DNA of 46,352 nt from Nemertoderma westbladi (lineage: Eukaryota; Animalia; Xenacoelomorpha). The stretch covers positions 1-46,352 of the forward strand of contig JAUCBJ010003678.1 of assembly GCA_032718475.1 (NCBI GenBank), read 5' to 3'. How positions within the stretch are numbered: position 1 is the stretch's first letter; every line of letters begins with the position of its first letter. Below the pieces are notes generated by a model. That model was given only the letters and a program-made list of their open reading frames with translations. It was not told the origin of the DNA and ran no database searches. Made by a program: the position numbers and the translations under genes. Positions 8,701 to 18,396 of the stretch are shown piece by piece.

Positions 8701-10731
8701 AAACCCGTCTCTAGGAGAAAGGTAACACCAGTGTGTTATACCGACGACGGCGAAAGCCAGACTTCTCAAGGAGAAGATAGCGGGAAAGACACTGAGAGAT
8801 CTTATTATGTCAATAAAATGCCTAAAGATCAGGTAAGTAAATTCAAGTCTCGATCAAATGACAGGAGAGAACCGATAAGAAAAACTCCTCCCACGTCTCC
8901 CAAGAGAATTCAGATGAGAAAGCCCGAAGAAAAGGCAAGTGTACACAATGCGACTCAGAATAAGGTAAGTAACATCAAACCAAAATGTGCGCTGTGTGAC
9001 GGGACCCACTATTTGAATAGGTGTGATGAATTTCTAAAGAAATCATTAACGGAGAGACGCGAAGTTATGTGGGATAAGCGGTTATGTTATAATTGCCTCA
9101 GACAAGGACACCAACGGCGTACCTGTTTCTCGGACATAAGATGTGCAAAGTGTGGTGCGAAACATCATATCTTGTTGCACGCTGAATTCGATCGAAATAG
9201 TCCGAATCAGGTAAGTGATTCCGAGCTACATGTCCAATTCAGTGATGTGAACGACACTGATCAATCTGAGATGGAAGGATTCTATACAGATGAGTTCTCC
9301 GACGAAAACGAATCCTGTTACATGATAAATACCGCAGTGTATCGAGCACTCACATATGAAAAGGATCCAGACAACGACTTTACTCTAACTACTTCTGAGC
9401 GACAACCATCTTGGAAAGAGCCATCTTCAAATGTAGCAAATGTAGGGATCCGAGAGTTTCCTGTGGTGCAGGTGAGGGTTCACGGACCTAAGAGGAGTTA
9501 TGTAGTGAACGCCCTCCTCGACTCCGGTAGTACAGGAACATTCATCGATAAAGAGTTAGCCGAAGATATATTTGCTAGACAACCCAAGTTCCAAACTAAG
9601 CTCAACATGTCAGGCATTATGCAAGTTTGGAAATCTACAATAACAGCTGATTATTATGTAGGAGCATTGTCCACCCCCCAGGACGAATTAGGAAAAAACA
9701 GCATAAGGTCAGTGAAAATGGTGGCTATAAAGAACTTCGCTACTACTCAAGCAGACCTTTATGATTGGGACGAGGATGAGAGCATCCAACATCTTAACAT
9801 ACCTCGATTCCAGACTGATTATCCTGGAGTGCAAATACTCATCGGCCAAAACGCGCATGAGGCGCTGGAGACATTAGAGAAACGGCCTGCTCAACCGCAG
9901 CCACTACAGACCTATGCGGTAAGAACTAGAGTAGGTTGGTACCTTACTGGACCTTCCCGTAGAACGCTCAGGGAAAGACTGCTTCAAGATCGCGTCTGCC
10001 AGGTGAGTGAATGGGAAGATGATACTAGTGAGGGAGACGACCCAACTGAGGGAACACCACACTCCTCAGATAATGACAATCTTAGCTCCAATGTAGATCA
10101 ATGGAGATATTGCCCCAAGAAGTTTAATCCAACGGACATCGCTTCCAGAGGAGCAACTCCTCAAGAACTGACAGATACTATAGTCCGGTTAGGTGAACCC
10201 GACTTCCTGAGTAAGGAGAATGAATGGCCTCCCCATCTTACTCCGACTGAGATTAGACCAGCCAAGGGAGCGGAGAAAGTCGAACCTGAAACCCGGACGG
10301 GTGGATCGGAGTTATTTGAACCCGGGATAGATCTGTCGGTATTACATGTTGCCAGGGACGACGCCGTGGATCTGGGCCTCCCCTCCGCGAGTGGATCCTT
10401 CATGAAGATCAGAGAGAGCGATTGGAGCTCTGGAACATCAGACGTCTCGCAGGGACTCTCACCTCTCCTGCAGAGAGCGACGGACCACTATAGCTCCTGG
10501 AATCGGCTTTGTGACGCCGTCATATACTTTGAGCGATGTTTCTATCGTCACTATTCCAGGACGAAGAGGAAACCTGGAATTGTATTCAGGATGCAGCGAC
10601 TCAATCACCCAGTCGGTCGTTTGTGTTTATCGGAAGGGAATGGAGGACTCTCCGGAAACTGTGGAAGGCAAGATTCTCTTCCCACGACCACCTCCCTAAT
10701 CCTTCAAACATCTAGGGACTCCATAACGTAA
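5761..10731 (+). CDS. gag-pro: BEL/Pao Gag-protease polyprotein with RT, most of RNase H and integrase missing (1656 aa)
   Basis: Ala/Glu-rich coiled coil; DUF1759-type capsid motif (KFNGDEMKWLPF...LSNGEKLRYLIECLEG) from ~8149; three Cys/His knuckles (CALCDGTHYLNRC, CYNCLRQGHQRRTC, CAKCGAKHHILLH) at 8986-9180; aspartic protease ALLDSGS at ~9511; RNase H tail WRYCP..NPTDIASRG at ~10102; YSSWNRL motif. No YxDD RT motif and no DDE integrase. Confidence 0.93.
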   Translation: MSDTKQNLSDSLLDVTICDSDRDVQPSGRKSSSPPTVRKVIPPVVITEPRLVQHRRSIIGTRAQVKRDQKAAEQQQPASQELIPQRPSSSSSEDTVELTPERGAEMTDAVYTDPLLILPAAVLAGLLIAVEEHQIDWARSQRSTRDSYAGYTSEELKSIVESQWNFPGPGLPFDLSEAAWEDIHRMGVAKETIDPAVWKRSAAGYAQGFFSSMERVERQLFQQPQGPQEQGSLLYQVRERVLRIRLILSAFEEASKRKQDTSLQVAVKTWFQRVSRQVQGAAQWKAQLEERSTHGESTDAIFSQVESEATAEKPHKKDAIDIYLSDYQRFLGDDELRRRLEGLSPNSEGAKLVLDAIDVDRLAANQAKFDEQLRIAREQEEQVKKKRIEDRKAAAVAAAVAAAEAETKAAAAVAEAETKAAAAVAAAEAKAAVAAAKAAAEAEGRKREAVAEAERRATEETTQLELENIQENQDCINKQLTASNMQMMNRSTPKRQGYTSSEEGDTTDTEGGRNRSRLSRRKRTFHRQKLPDLPPAVRRQLNNTKVGSTEPTDQIITIERLPTIVDEPEIIRPVLEITPSVIDTPVLPEATSKFPLHSTKLPVPSRTAQETVQVLDPERNIPDLSPVVPRPPATTLATPASAVEWVDERRRGMDLLLGQLQETVQQFKGTVRESRLELQEVQQSIALERDKLVNTQRGIPPPSVTMCQPVRSEVSHAQGVEPTRIYTASEVETPIVNPIKGNYRPVDNDIPYRPDHNPRNLYTDNSILNSTMAQESFTRQMARTEARQAVKVGEIVKFNGDEMKWLPFNEYYKDNIQNSVLSNGEKLRYLIECLEGSPKLMALKFIGHPDGLRQVWDTLNIRYGNRNNIAGYLYAKLVAPRKFISSGIIEFSDEIQEICRQLDWLGKSHEYQNTMVIRAVASTLPKGGVGTRWDKKVLYMMEQQRRDPTMADLMSFLDGEVKLQLLKLSREKTPENKVSEKPVSRRKVTPVCYTDDGESQTSQGEDSGKDTERSYYVNKMPKDQVSKFKSRSNDRREPIRKTPPTSPKRIQMRKPEEKASVHNATQNKVSNIKPKCALCDGTHYLNRCDEFLKKSLTERREVMWDKRLCYNCLRQGHQRRTCFSDIRCAKCGAKHHILLHAEFDRNSPNQVSDSELHVQFSDVNDTDQSEMEGFYTDEFSDENESCYMINTAVYRALTYEKDPDNDFTLTTSERQPSWKEPSSNVANVGIREFPVVQVRVHGPKRSYVVNALLDSGSTGTFIDKELAEDIFARQPKFQTKLNMSGIMQVWKSTITADYYVGALSTPQDELGKNSIRSVKMVAIKNFATTQADLYDWDEDESIQHLNIPRFQTDYPGVQILIGQNAHEALETLEKRPAQPQPLQTYAVRTRVGWYLTGPSRRTLRERLLQDRVCQVSEWEDDTSEGDDPTEGTPHSSDNDNLSSNVDQWRYCPKKFNPTDIASRGATPQELTDTIVRLGEPDFLSKENEWPPHLTPTEIRPAKGAEKVEPETRTGGSELFEPGIDLSVLHVARDDAVDLGLPSASGSFMKIRESDWSSGTSDVSQGLSPLLQRATDHYSSWNRLCDAVIYFERCFYRHYSRTKRKPGIVFRMQRLNHPVGRLCLSEGNGGLSGNCGRQDSLPTTTSLILQTSRDSIT

Positions 10732-11269
10732 CAACATATGGTGTGGGTGTGTGACTCTATTATTTTATTATTTTTATATTTATGTATGTATTACTATGTA
10801 ATTCTATTATAATCGTTTTCTTTAATTTTATTCAGTAGAATGTTATTTTAGCGATTATTTTGTAGAATAGTGCAATATATTCGTGTTTATTACGTACGTA
10901 ATTACTTATATTATATTTAGTGAGACGGCGAAGAAATAATTATTTTTTCTCTTTCCTTACTGCCCGTATTATATTATAAATACGTGACTACAGTAAGATG
11001 AAATGTCCGTACTTATTAAAGTACAATAAAGCCACTACTATATTTAAGTATTATTGGTAGGCAGAGTATTAGGAATGCAAAGTTCAGATCCTCGTGTCTC
11101 GGCTAAACCAAGCTCTGGGTAGACCTTGGAAACGACTTGCCTCTTCACACTGACATTGCTTCGTGCGATATTGCTCTCATACCGTATATTAAATAATACA
11201 TATAGTAGCGTGATGTCCCTTTAACAGTAGCGTATAACGCAGAATAAATCTGTTAAACCCTTTGACCAT

Positions 11270-11560
11270 CTGTAATTCTAGTCTATTAAGATATCGCGGC
11301 ACCCACCGATATACTTGAAAGACAAATTCTAGAATCAGTGGTTAACGTCCCCAGACAAGTTCTGGAATAAATCAGTGCCCATCTCAAATATTAATTATTT
11401 AATATTTGCAAATCTAATACATCAAAATCTGTAAAATTCAGATCCTTCAACAATTCTAGTCAATTAAGATATCGTAGCATTTACCGATATTCTTAAAAAA
11501 GACAATTGTCATAGAATTAAGGATCTTGTGTCCCTAGACATGTTCTAGAATCAAAATATG
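11270..11560 (+). repeat. Duplicated ~180-bp unit with a long imperfect hairpin in the 3' non-coding region
   Basis: 'aattctagtc.attaagatatcg-loop-cgatat..ctt..aagacaa..tagaat' at ~11275-11335 and ~11453-11518. Confidence 0.65.
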
Positions 11561-13680
11561 TCCATTTAATTATCAAATAATAAAATTTCAGGGAATAAAT
11601 TTAAATTCATGCCTTTTAATGAATTTAATAAATTGCCATTTTACGCAATTTATAAAGTTCCCAAAATTCCATTAATTAATAGATCAAGGGAGCGGAGATT
11701 TATCTTATCATGCGTATGAGAATGTGAAAGTCTCCCAAACATAGTCAATAGCCGATAAAATTCATAAAGTCATGTATAAAACAGAACATTGACTATTAAA
11801 GAATACTATTAAATAACATCCCAGATCTGTATGCATTGGAATTACTCTAATTCTACCGCTAGCTTTGCATAATGTCACCATAGCAACAACCACGCTAGAA
11901 TTAGAATTGAGTTAAAAGAACAATAGAAAGCTTGTACCATTGAATAGCATAGGGAATAAATAGCGCACTACTAGTATCCAAGGATACATAATAATACAGT
12001 GACATTCTGGAAGGCATTGACTAACGGACAAATGGCCCGAATGTGTGTAATTTGTGACAAGTTGTGTGTGTGGTATTTGTGAGTTTATAGGTGAATGTTA
12101 CTGCTAAGGTGTGTTTACAGTAGCCAGTCGTAATCGTAAAGTAACCTAACTCTCCAAGGAATACCTGAAGTACATCTAAGCCTTTGGGACGGACAGTCGA
12201 GTGACTTGTGCCGGTTGTCGTTGTCGTTGTGCGGCTACGTCGTTGGCGAAAGTACGGCGGCGACGACACATCGGCGCTGAGGATCTCGTCCTGTCCGGGG
12301 GTTGATTGGGGTAGGCAGCGACGCCCGCTCACCTAAATATAAACTCCTTATAATGTGGATAAACTCATATATAGCAGAAATGACGGAGTTGATAGAAGAT
12401 GGTCTTGGTATCGGGGAGCGATATACTCTACTTTTACAAGCGTTTGTTGATAGCTTAATACGCGGCGACATATACGCAGCGTAATGGTACGTATATGGGC
12501 TTCTTAACTACTGGTCATTCTATCAATTTACACAATACGGACTATGTCGACTATATATCCTGCCCAGCGGAGTCGGAACCATAAACTGAAATTCGAATGC
12601 GAAAATTCTATTCGAAATCGGCTCGAAAGAAAAGACATTAAAGAAACAAATAAACGCGGTAACTCCAACATATATTTGGAATTCTTGATAGAAGCATTGT
12701 AACAACAATTAAATATCATCCGCGTTTCCCCTACCAGACGTGCGTCTTTGGTATTATTACGGTAAATGCCCTAGACCCAGCCAATAAACGGAAAGACATA
12801 AACATCCACGGAAACGTTGTGTTAAACACAGTTGTGTTCGTTATATTTACTGGAGTTTCGAGCGAAACTTGTTTGACGTATCACCTATGCTCACTCGGCT
12901 CTAACGATCCTAGAGTAAACCTACGATCAGAGTCCCGGAATACTCGGTCAAACCTCCTCATTCCTTAGTTGGACCTCAGACCTGCGATCCTGATGGTGTC
13001 GCGGATCCTATTGGACGGTATTCACTGTTCAAGATCTAGTGCTACCCTAACAATTAATCGGTAACACTCCGACAGTGATTTCTAGCTAGCCGCCCATCTT
13101 ACCTAGCTGGATTATGACGCAGACACCTAATATCACTATCCAACCGTATGGTCGTCCCGTTTAACGCGATACAACCCTTCATCAAGGTGAAGGAGAGCGT
13201 TGTACGAAACGAGTTAAACGCTATTCTATAAAGATCAAAAAAGAAACCTGCGTTTGTTCAGATAAACGTAAGTTATAACAGTAAGTCCAATCGATAAACG
13301 AATTGGCCTTATCTCAGTTCGATTGGGAAATCCAGAATCTCTAAGAAGTTATCGAACTTGGACGATCCTATTCTCTGCGAGAGTTTTTGGATGAACGTAT
13401 CCAGCTACGAGCGGAGGAAAATCAGCTCGAGGAGAAGCATATCGAAATGGACGAGACACCGACAGTAAACCCAAACCTTCTAATGCAATCATATTGCACC
13501 CTTCACCCAGGAGTTATGGCCCTCCTAGTAAAGTGGTTCCCCCCAAAGAGAAAAGGACTCTTGCTAGCTTTAAAAAACTGCGTAAACGCCGTCCGCGCAA
13601 GAAAGACTAACTGTTTAGAGTATCTTTAGGTTTTAGAAACTGTGATTTTTATATTTTATAGACTGAAAATCCCATTTTCT

Positions 13681-13688
13681 GGGAGCGG
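13681..13688 (+). promoter_or_regulatory. Polypurine tract (GGGAGCGG) abutting the 3' LTR
   Basis: Purine-rich run directly before the TG of the 3' LTR. Confidence 0.8.
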
Positions 13689-14931
13689 TGTAAAAGCCTT
13701 TGCTGAATTGCCCCGTTATTTTTATTATCTTTTACATTAAAATACTCTGTAGTTGATTTAATAAGTGTAAGAGACCGTATTATTGCTGTATCGGTGTTTT
13801 TAGAGGATCTAAGACCTATTTCCTCCGTATGTGTACTGTGAAAGGCATATTTTATGATTCTATGGCAATTCGTGACGCAAAGGGGTGATAGCTACTCTTG
13901 AACAGTAGTTACTATGACTACGGTTAACAGCTGACATTCATACATGTTGATTTCCTTTGTTCTACGGCGTCTCTCAGTTCAGTCAGCCAATTAGAGCGTT
14001 TTTGTGGCTCCTTGTACAGAAAATTTCCGAGAAATGACGCAATGCCTATGTGCAGTGTTTACATTCAGTCCTGAGCCAAAGAAAGAACGGCTTGGAAGTA
14101 TTTTGTGCTTTACTGTTTTAGCCGTACACTAGTAGGCTTAATCATAAGGACATATATCCGTTATCTGATGTCTAACTTGACTAACCTAACTCAATGCAAT
14201 CAATGCATACTGCAGTACTGCATACACTGCATACTGTGTAACACTGTGCATACTTTATATTGTTATACTGCTATTTGCTGTCTGTACTTCATAATTTGGT
14301 TGATGAATTATTATATTTGGAATAACGATAAATAACCCCGAAAACCCAATATTCTTGATATACTGAAGGTAAGAGAGAAAGGTTATACATAACGATTGTG
14401 ACTTATGTTAAAGTGGTTTGAAGTGAATCTAATGTTATTTGATAGCCCCTACATGAGTCAGTCCGTGTTCCTTTTATATGTAACTAAAATCAGTGAAGAT
14501 CGGCAGATCAGTGTGCAGTATTGTGCAGCATTGTGTGCGGGTGATACTGATAACGAAGCATTTCCTAAAGAATGCGCCATATATGTGAATTATAACTAAG
14601 CCATATCGTTGTGATTAGTTTAAGTCATAACTCTGTTTATATAGATAGAGCGCCACGTCCTAAAGGAACTGTTAATATTCCCCGAAAGTGAATAATATTG
14701 TCAGAGATTATATAATACTGTCAGTCGAATAATACATTAAGCTTACATAGCAATAAAATTAAGCCGTCGAACCCAATCTCCCGGGAATTATCCAGCGGGT
14801 GAATGATCGCGCACAGATTGGTTTCGACTAGTGTAGTGAATCAAATATTTGTCATCGGCTAAAGTGATTTAATATCTAACAGACATCCTAATTTGGCGGG
14901 TTAAACTGCCAAAGGTCTGAAAGCGCGAACA
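13689..14931 (+). repeat. 3' LTR
   Basis: Direct repeat of 2358-3600, followed by TSD ACTAT. Confidence 0.97.
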
Positions 14932-15856
14932 ACTATAATGGAATGGGATACATGGATTCCAGATATCTAATTTCTGCGCAAAATAACTTTAATCGTATGG
15001 TGCTAAATAATTAATTTCCATGGAGAGACCGTTCAAAATGTCTCAACCATACAATTTAGCTGAAGATATTAATTTAGATTATGGCTTCCGACACACACAC
15101 ACACAGACTTTTGAAAAACGGCCATAGTATTATTATATCAGTTCGCTGATGGCTCGCCATTCGTGTCTCGCCCCACACAAACTCTTGCTCAGGATGAAAT
15201 TCAAGTGAATGTCTATTACAGTAGGTTCTTGGGAAATCTGGCCCCCTGAATCACTTTTTAGTTGTACAGTAGTGTACATACAAGTACAGTTGGGCGCTTG
15301 AAAAATGGCATTTTTTATAATTTACTATGAACATATTATTATATTGTTATTTGGCTCCCAGGCGCACGTAAGCGCGCCTGGGTTGATAGTGCAATAAAAA
15401 TTCAAGCACTATCTACATTTTTCCACGGGTCAGAGGGATTATTAGTCATTATCAGGATTATTATTTTCAACTCCGAGCCAAATACATTGACAAAAAAACT
15501 TCGGGTGACGTAAGTTTAATTGTAATGGAATCATGTACACATTCGACACTTGCAAATATGTAAGTAGATCTTAAGTCAAACAATATCCTGAAAGAAGCCG
15601 TTAATATGTCTACCATACATTCGAACTTTAAAAAGATTTATACTCCAGAACACCCCCAAGTAATCTGGTACTTATTGGTTTAAAACATTGGTGCCGAAAC
15701 GAAAACCACCCTGGCCCCCGTGCAGGGATCGACCACCCCACCCAATTTACGGAGCTTCATCTTGGCGCACACCATGTCAAGGGGAATATTCAGTTATAAT
15801 AATCACATATACTAATAATAATGTTCCTAGAAATAGAAATTAACGATACACAAATA

Positions 15857-16741
15857 TTATACAGATTTATATTCAGTCTCTTTAGATTCGCTAACTGTCT
15901 CCTTATTTGGCTTCACTTCCCTTGGTTTATGGACTGCGTTGACAATGAATCTCAACATTTCCTGCCCTCTCCCCTTCCGGAACTGACTGTGTTTTATAGT
16001 TCGGGAATCCAATTCACACGCCGGTATCTCACCAACTATACGACGGGTAATAAACTCCTTGACAGAATCAACTGTGTACTCGGAAGAGTCAGCAGTTACG
16101 TTTACTTTAACGATATCTCCGTTGCTAATCCAACCGGCCATCCGTTTAATCCTGTACGACAGATCGTGTTCCGTTATCTTAACGTCCACCTTGAGTTCGC
16201 GAACAGGAGTTTCTTCAGGGCGGGATTTCTTAGAGTCCAAGTAATTCATTTGTTTCCTTATGTCAAGACGATAGGCGGTTTTCATCTCGTTGGTCATGAG
16301 TTGCCATTTAGGAGGGAAGACTTTAGGGTTTATGCAGACAGCTTCCAGTTGATCTCGTGCGGCCCGATGCAGTACGTCCTCGATGTGCATCTCTCCCAGA
16401 CTGCGGCCTTCCGGGTCGGAGCAGTGGACAGTGTTACTGGTCCGTTTCCGGCCCGGTTTCGGAGGGCCGCCTTTGTCTACGACGATGGCGGGCTTCGGAT
16501 GACGCGTTACCACCCAGCGGGTTATAGTTAGGGTGATTTGATTGGGTGGGTTCGATTGGTTACAAAGCGAATGGATCAAGGGAGAGTTAGATGGGTGGGT
16601 GCATAGCGGGTTAGAAGGCTTAGAACGATGGGTGTATTGTGGGTTAGAACGATGGGTGTATTGCGGGATAGAACGATGGGTGTATTGTGGGTTCGCTCCT
16701 GTTGTTGATCGAATCCAGATAATGCATCTATTGGCTAACAT
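15857..16741 (-). CDS. MTIF3: Mitochondrial translation initiation factor IF-3-like (294 aa, intronless)
   Basis: IF3 N-domain pattern (VHCSDPEGRSLGEM..EDVLHRAARDQLEAVCINPKVFPPKWQLM) and C-domain pattern (VRELKVDVKITEHDLSYRIKRMAGWISNGDIVKVNV); long basic, acid-free N-terminus resembling a presequence. Confidence 0.85.
   Translation of the reverse strand: MLANRCIIWIRSTTGANPQYTHRSIPQYTHRSNPQYTHRSKPSNPLCTHPSNSPLIHSLCNQSNPPNQITLTITRWVVTRHPKPAIVVDKGGPPKPGRKRTSNTVHCSDPEGRSLGEMHIEDVLHRAARDQLEAVCINPKVFPPKWQLMTNEMKTAYRLDIRKQMNYLDSKKSRPEETPVRELKVDVKITEHDLSYRIKRMAGWISNGDIVKVNVTADSSEYTVDSVKEFITRRIVGEIPACELDSRTIKHSQFRKGRGQEMLRFIVNAVHKPREVKPNKETVSESKETEYKSV
16595..16693 (-). repeat. In-frame 24-bp tandem repeat (NPQYTHRS x3 plus a degenerate copy) in the MTIF3 presequence
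   Basis: 'tagaacgatgggtgtattg' three times at 24-bp period. Confidence 0.85.
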
Positions 16742-17232
16742 TAGGTTTGCAACTTTAACAAAACGTTGTTGTTAAACAGAGGATTAAAAAAATAAAAGGT
16801 CTAGTAGAGATTGGTGTCGTATTATTAGATTTATCATCAATAAAATTTATAATTCTTTTACATTCTATTTGACTGACACAATATTCTGTGTGATGGAGTG
16901 AAGCGATATAAAACTTACTCTTATATTTAATTTATAATTAGAGTGATTGTGTAACGAATAAATAAATAAAAGCGCCACAAATATATACAGGACAGTAGTG
17001 GAGATAAAATGGAAACAGAAATTAATATAACGGGTTTACAGAGAAAGGAAATGAACAAACATTACCGAAAGGATACAATTATTTATTTATTTCTAATAAA
17101 TCCGTAACAGTCTTAAGTTTAGATTATCTATTAAATTCAGTTTAGTAATTATTAAGTAAATATATTACACTGCCTTTCATAAAGGGAAATACATCCCGGC
17201 ATTATAGCCCCTGTATATACAATATTGTTCAT

Positions 17233-18396
17233 CTAACAACGCTCCACGCACATGGCTATCCCCATTCCGCTACCGATACACAAGGCTGCGACACCACGAC
17301 GCCCTCCAGTTCGCACCAACGCATGAACCAGCGTAACGAGGATCCGCGCACCAGAGCAACCAATAGGGTGTCCGAGCGCTATGGCCCCACCCTGCACGTT
17401 AACCTTGCACTCCGGACAGCCGATCTCCCGGACAACCGCGAGGCTCTGCGCGGCGAAGGCCTCGTTCAGTTCGAACAGATCAACGTCGTCGACGGACCAC
17501 CCGGCGTTAACGAGCGCCCCCCGCACCGCGCCCACAGGTCCGACACCCATGAGCCCGGGTTCGACCCCGACCTGCTTCCAGCCGACGACCCGCGCCAACG
17601 CAGTCAACCCGCGTCGCTGTAACTCAGCCCCGGACACCAGAAGGACCGCCGCCGCACCGTCGTTCAACCCGGACGCGTTGCCAGGGGTTACAGTACCCGA
17701 CTCGCGATCGAATGACGGTTTAAGTCCACCGAGTTTCTCTATCGTCGACTTCCGGGGATGTTCGTCGGAATCAACTTCCCCCAGTTCCGTAGCAACCGGC
17801 ACGATTTCCGACTTAAAGAACCCGCTATTCGTAGCCTCTTGGCACTTGAGTTGGGAGCGCAGAGCGAATTCATCCTGCTCCGATCGACTTACCCCCCACT
17901 CTCTCGCCACATTCTCCGCCGTTACCCCCATGTGACACCCAAGGAAGGGATCAGTCAACCCATCTTTAATCATACTGTCTATCAACACCGCATCACCGAA
18001 TTTAATATCTTTCCTCGCGGCCAAGCTATGCCGACTATTACTCATGCTTTCCATTCCTCCGGCGATCGCTATATTTGAATTTCCCACCATTATGTCATTG
18101 GCTGCTACGGCAACGGCTCGTAGTCCAGAGCCGCAAACCATTGAGACGCCTAGGGCCGGTACACTGTATGGGATTCCAGCCTGTACTGCGGCCTGTCGCG
18201 CAGGGCACATTCCATCCCCACCCGCTAGAACCTGCCCAATAACAACCTGGGAAACATCCGCGTGAGTCACCCCGGCAGCTGATAGGAGAGCTCTGATTAC
18301 AGGGGCAGCCAATCCCGCTGCGGATACATGGGATAAACTTCCTTTGAAGCTACCAATAGGGGTTCGCAGAGCAGAAACAATGTAGCAGTTATCCAT
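17233..18396 (-). CDS. ACAT2: Cytosolic acetyl-CoA acetyltransferase (acetoacetyl-CoA thiolase), 387 aa, intronless
   Basis: Thiolase motifs RTPIGSF, MVCGSG (active Cys), GGMESMS, NEAFAAQ, GHPIGCSG, LCIGSGMG; AGIPYSVPA as in animal ACAT2; no presequence. First ATG is at 18396; the ORF-track start at 18456 is a TTG. Confidence 0.93.
   Translation of the reverse strand: MDNCYIVSALRTPIGSFKGSLSHVSAAGLAAPVIRALLSAAGVTHADVSQVVIGQVLAGGDGMCPARQAAVQAGIPYSVPALGVSMVCGSGLRAVAVAANDIMVGNSNIAIAGGMESMSNSRHSLAARKDIKFGDAVLIDSMIKDGLTDPFLGCHMGVTAENVAREWGVSRSEQDEFALRSQLKCQEATNSGFFKSEIVPVATELGEVDSDEHPRKSTIEKLGGLKPSFDRESGTVTPGNASGLNDGAAAVLLVSGAELQRRGLTALARVVGWKQVGVEPGLMGVGPVGAVRGALVNAGWSVDDVDLFELNEAFAAQSLAVVREIGCPECKVNVQGGAIALGHPIGCSGARILVTLVHALVRTGGRRGVAALCIGSGMGIAMCVERC

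Larger units (their letters stand above)
2358..14931 (+). mobile_element. BEL/Pao-family LTR retrotransposon, non-autonomous (Gag-protease only), 12,574 bp, recent insertion
   Basis: Two 1243-bp LTRs with TGT...ACA ends; 5-bp TSD ACTAT at 2353-2357 and 14932-14936; BEL/Pao Gag and protease motifs; PPT before the 3' LTR. Confidence 0.96.

Noticed and set aside
15821-16531. 236-aa plus-strand ORF
   Set aside because: Antisense to MTIF3 with no recognisable motif; likely a shadow, though translation cannot be excluded from sequence alone.
17233-18396. Bacterial horizontal transfer of phaA/atoB (intronless, GC-rich)
   Set aside because: AGIPYSVPA and CHMG.TAENVA..W match animal cytosolic ACAT2, and the neighbouring eukaryotic gene is also intronless; a phylogeny would settle it.
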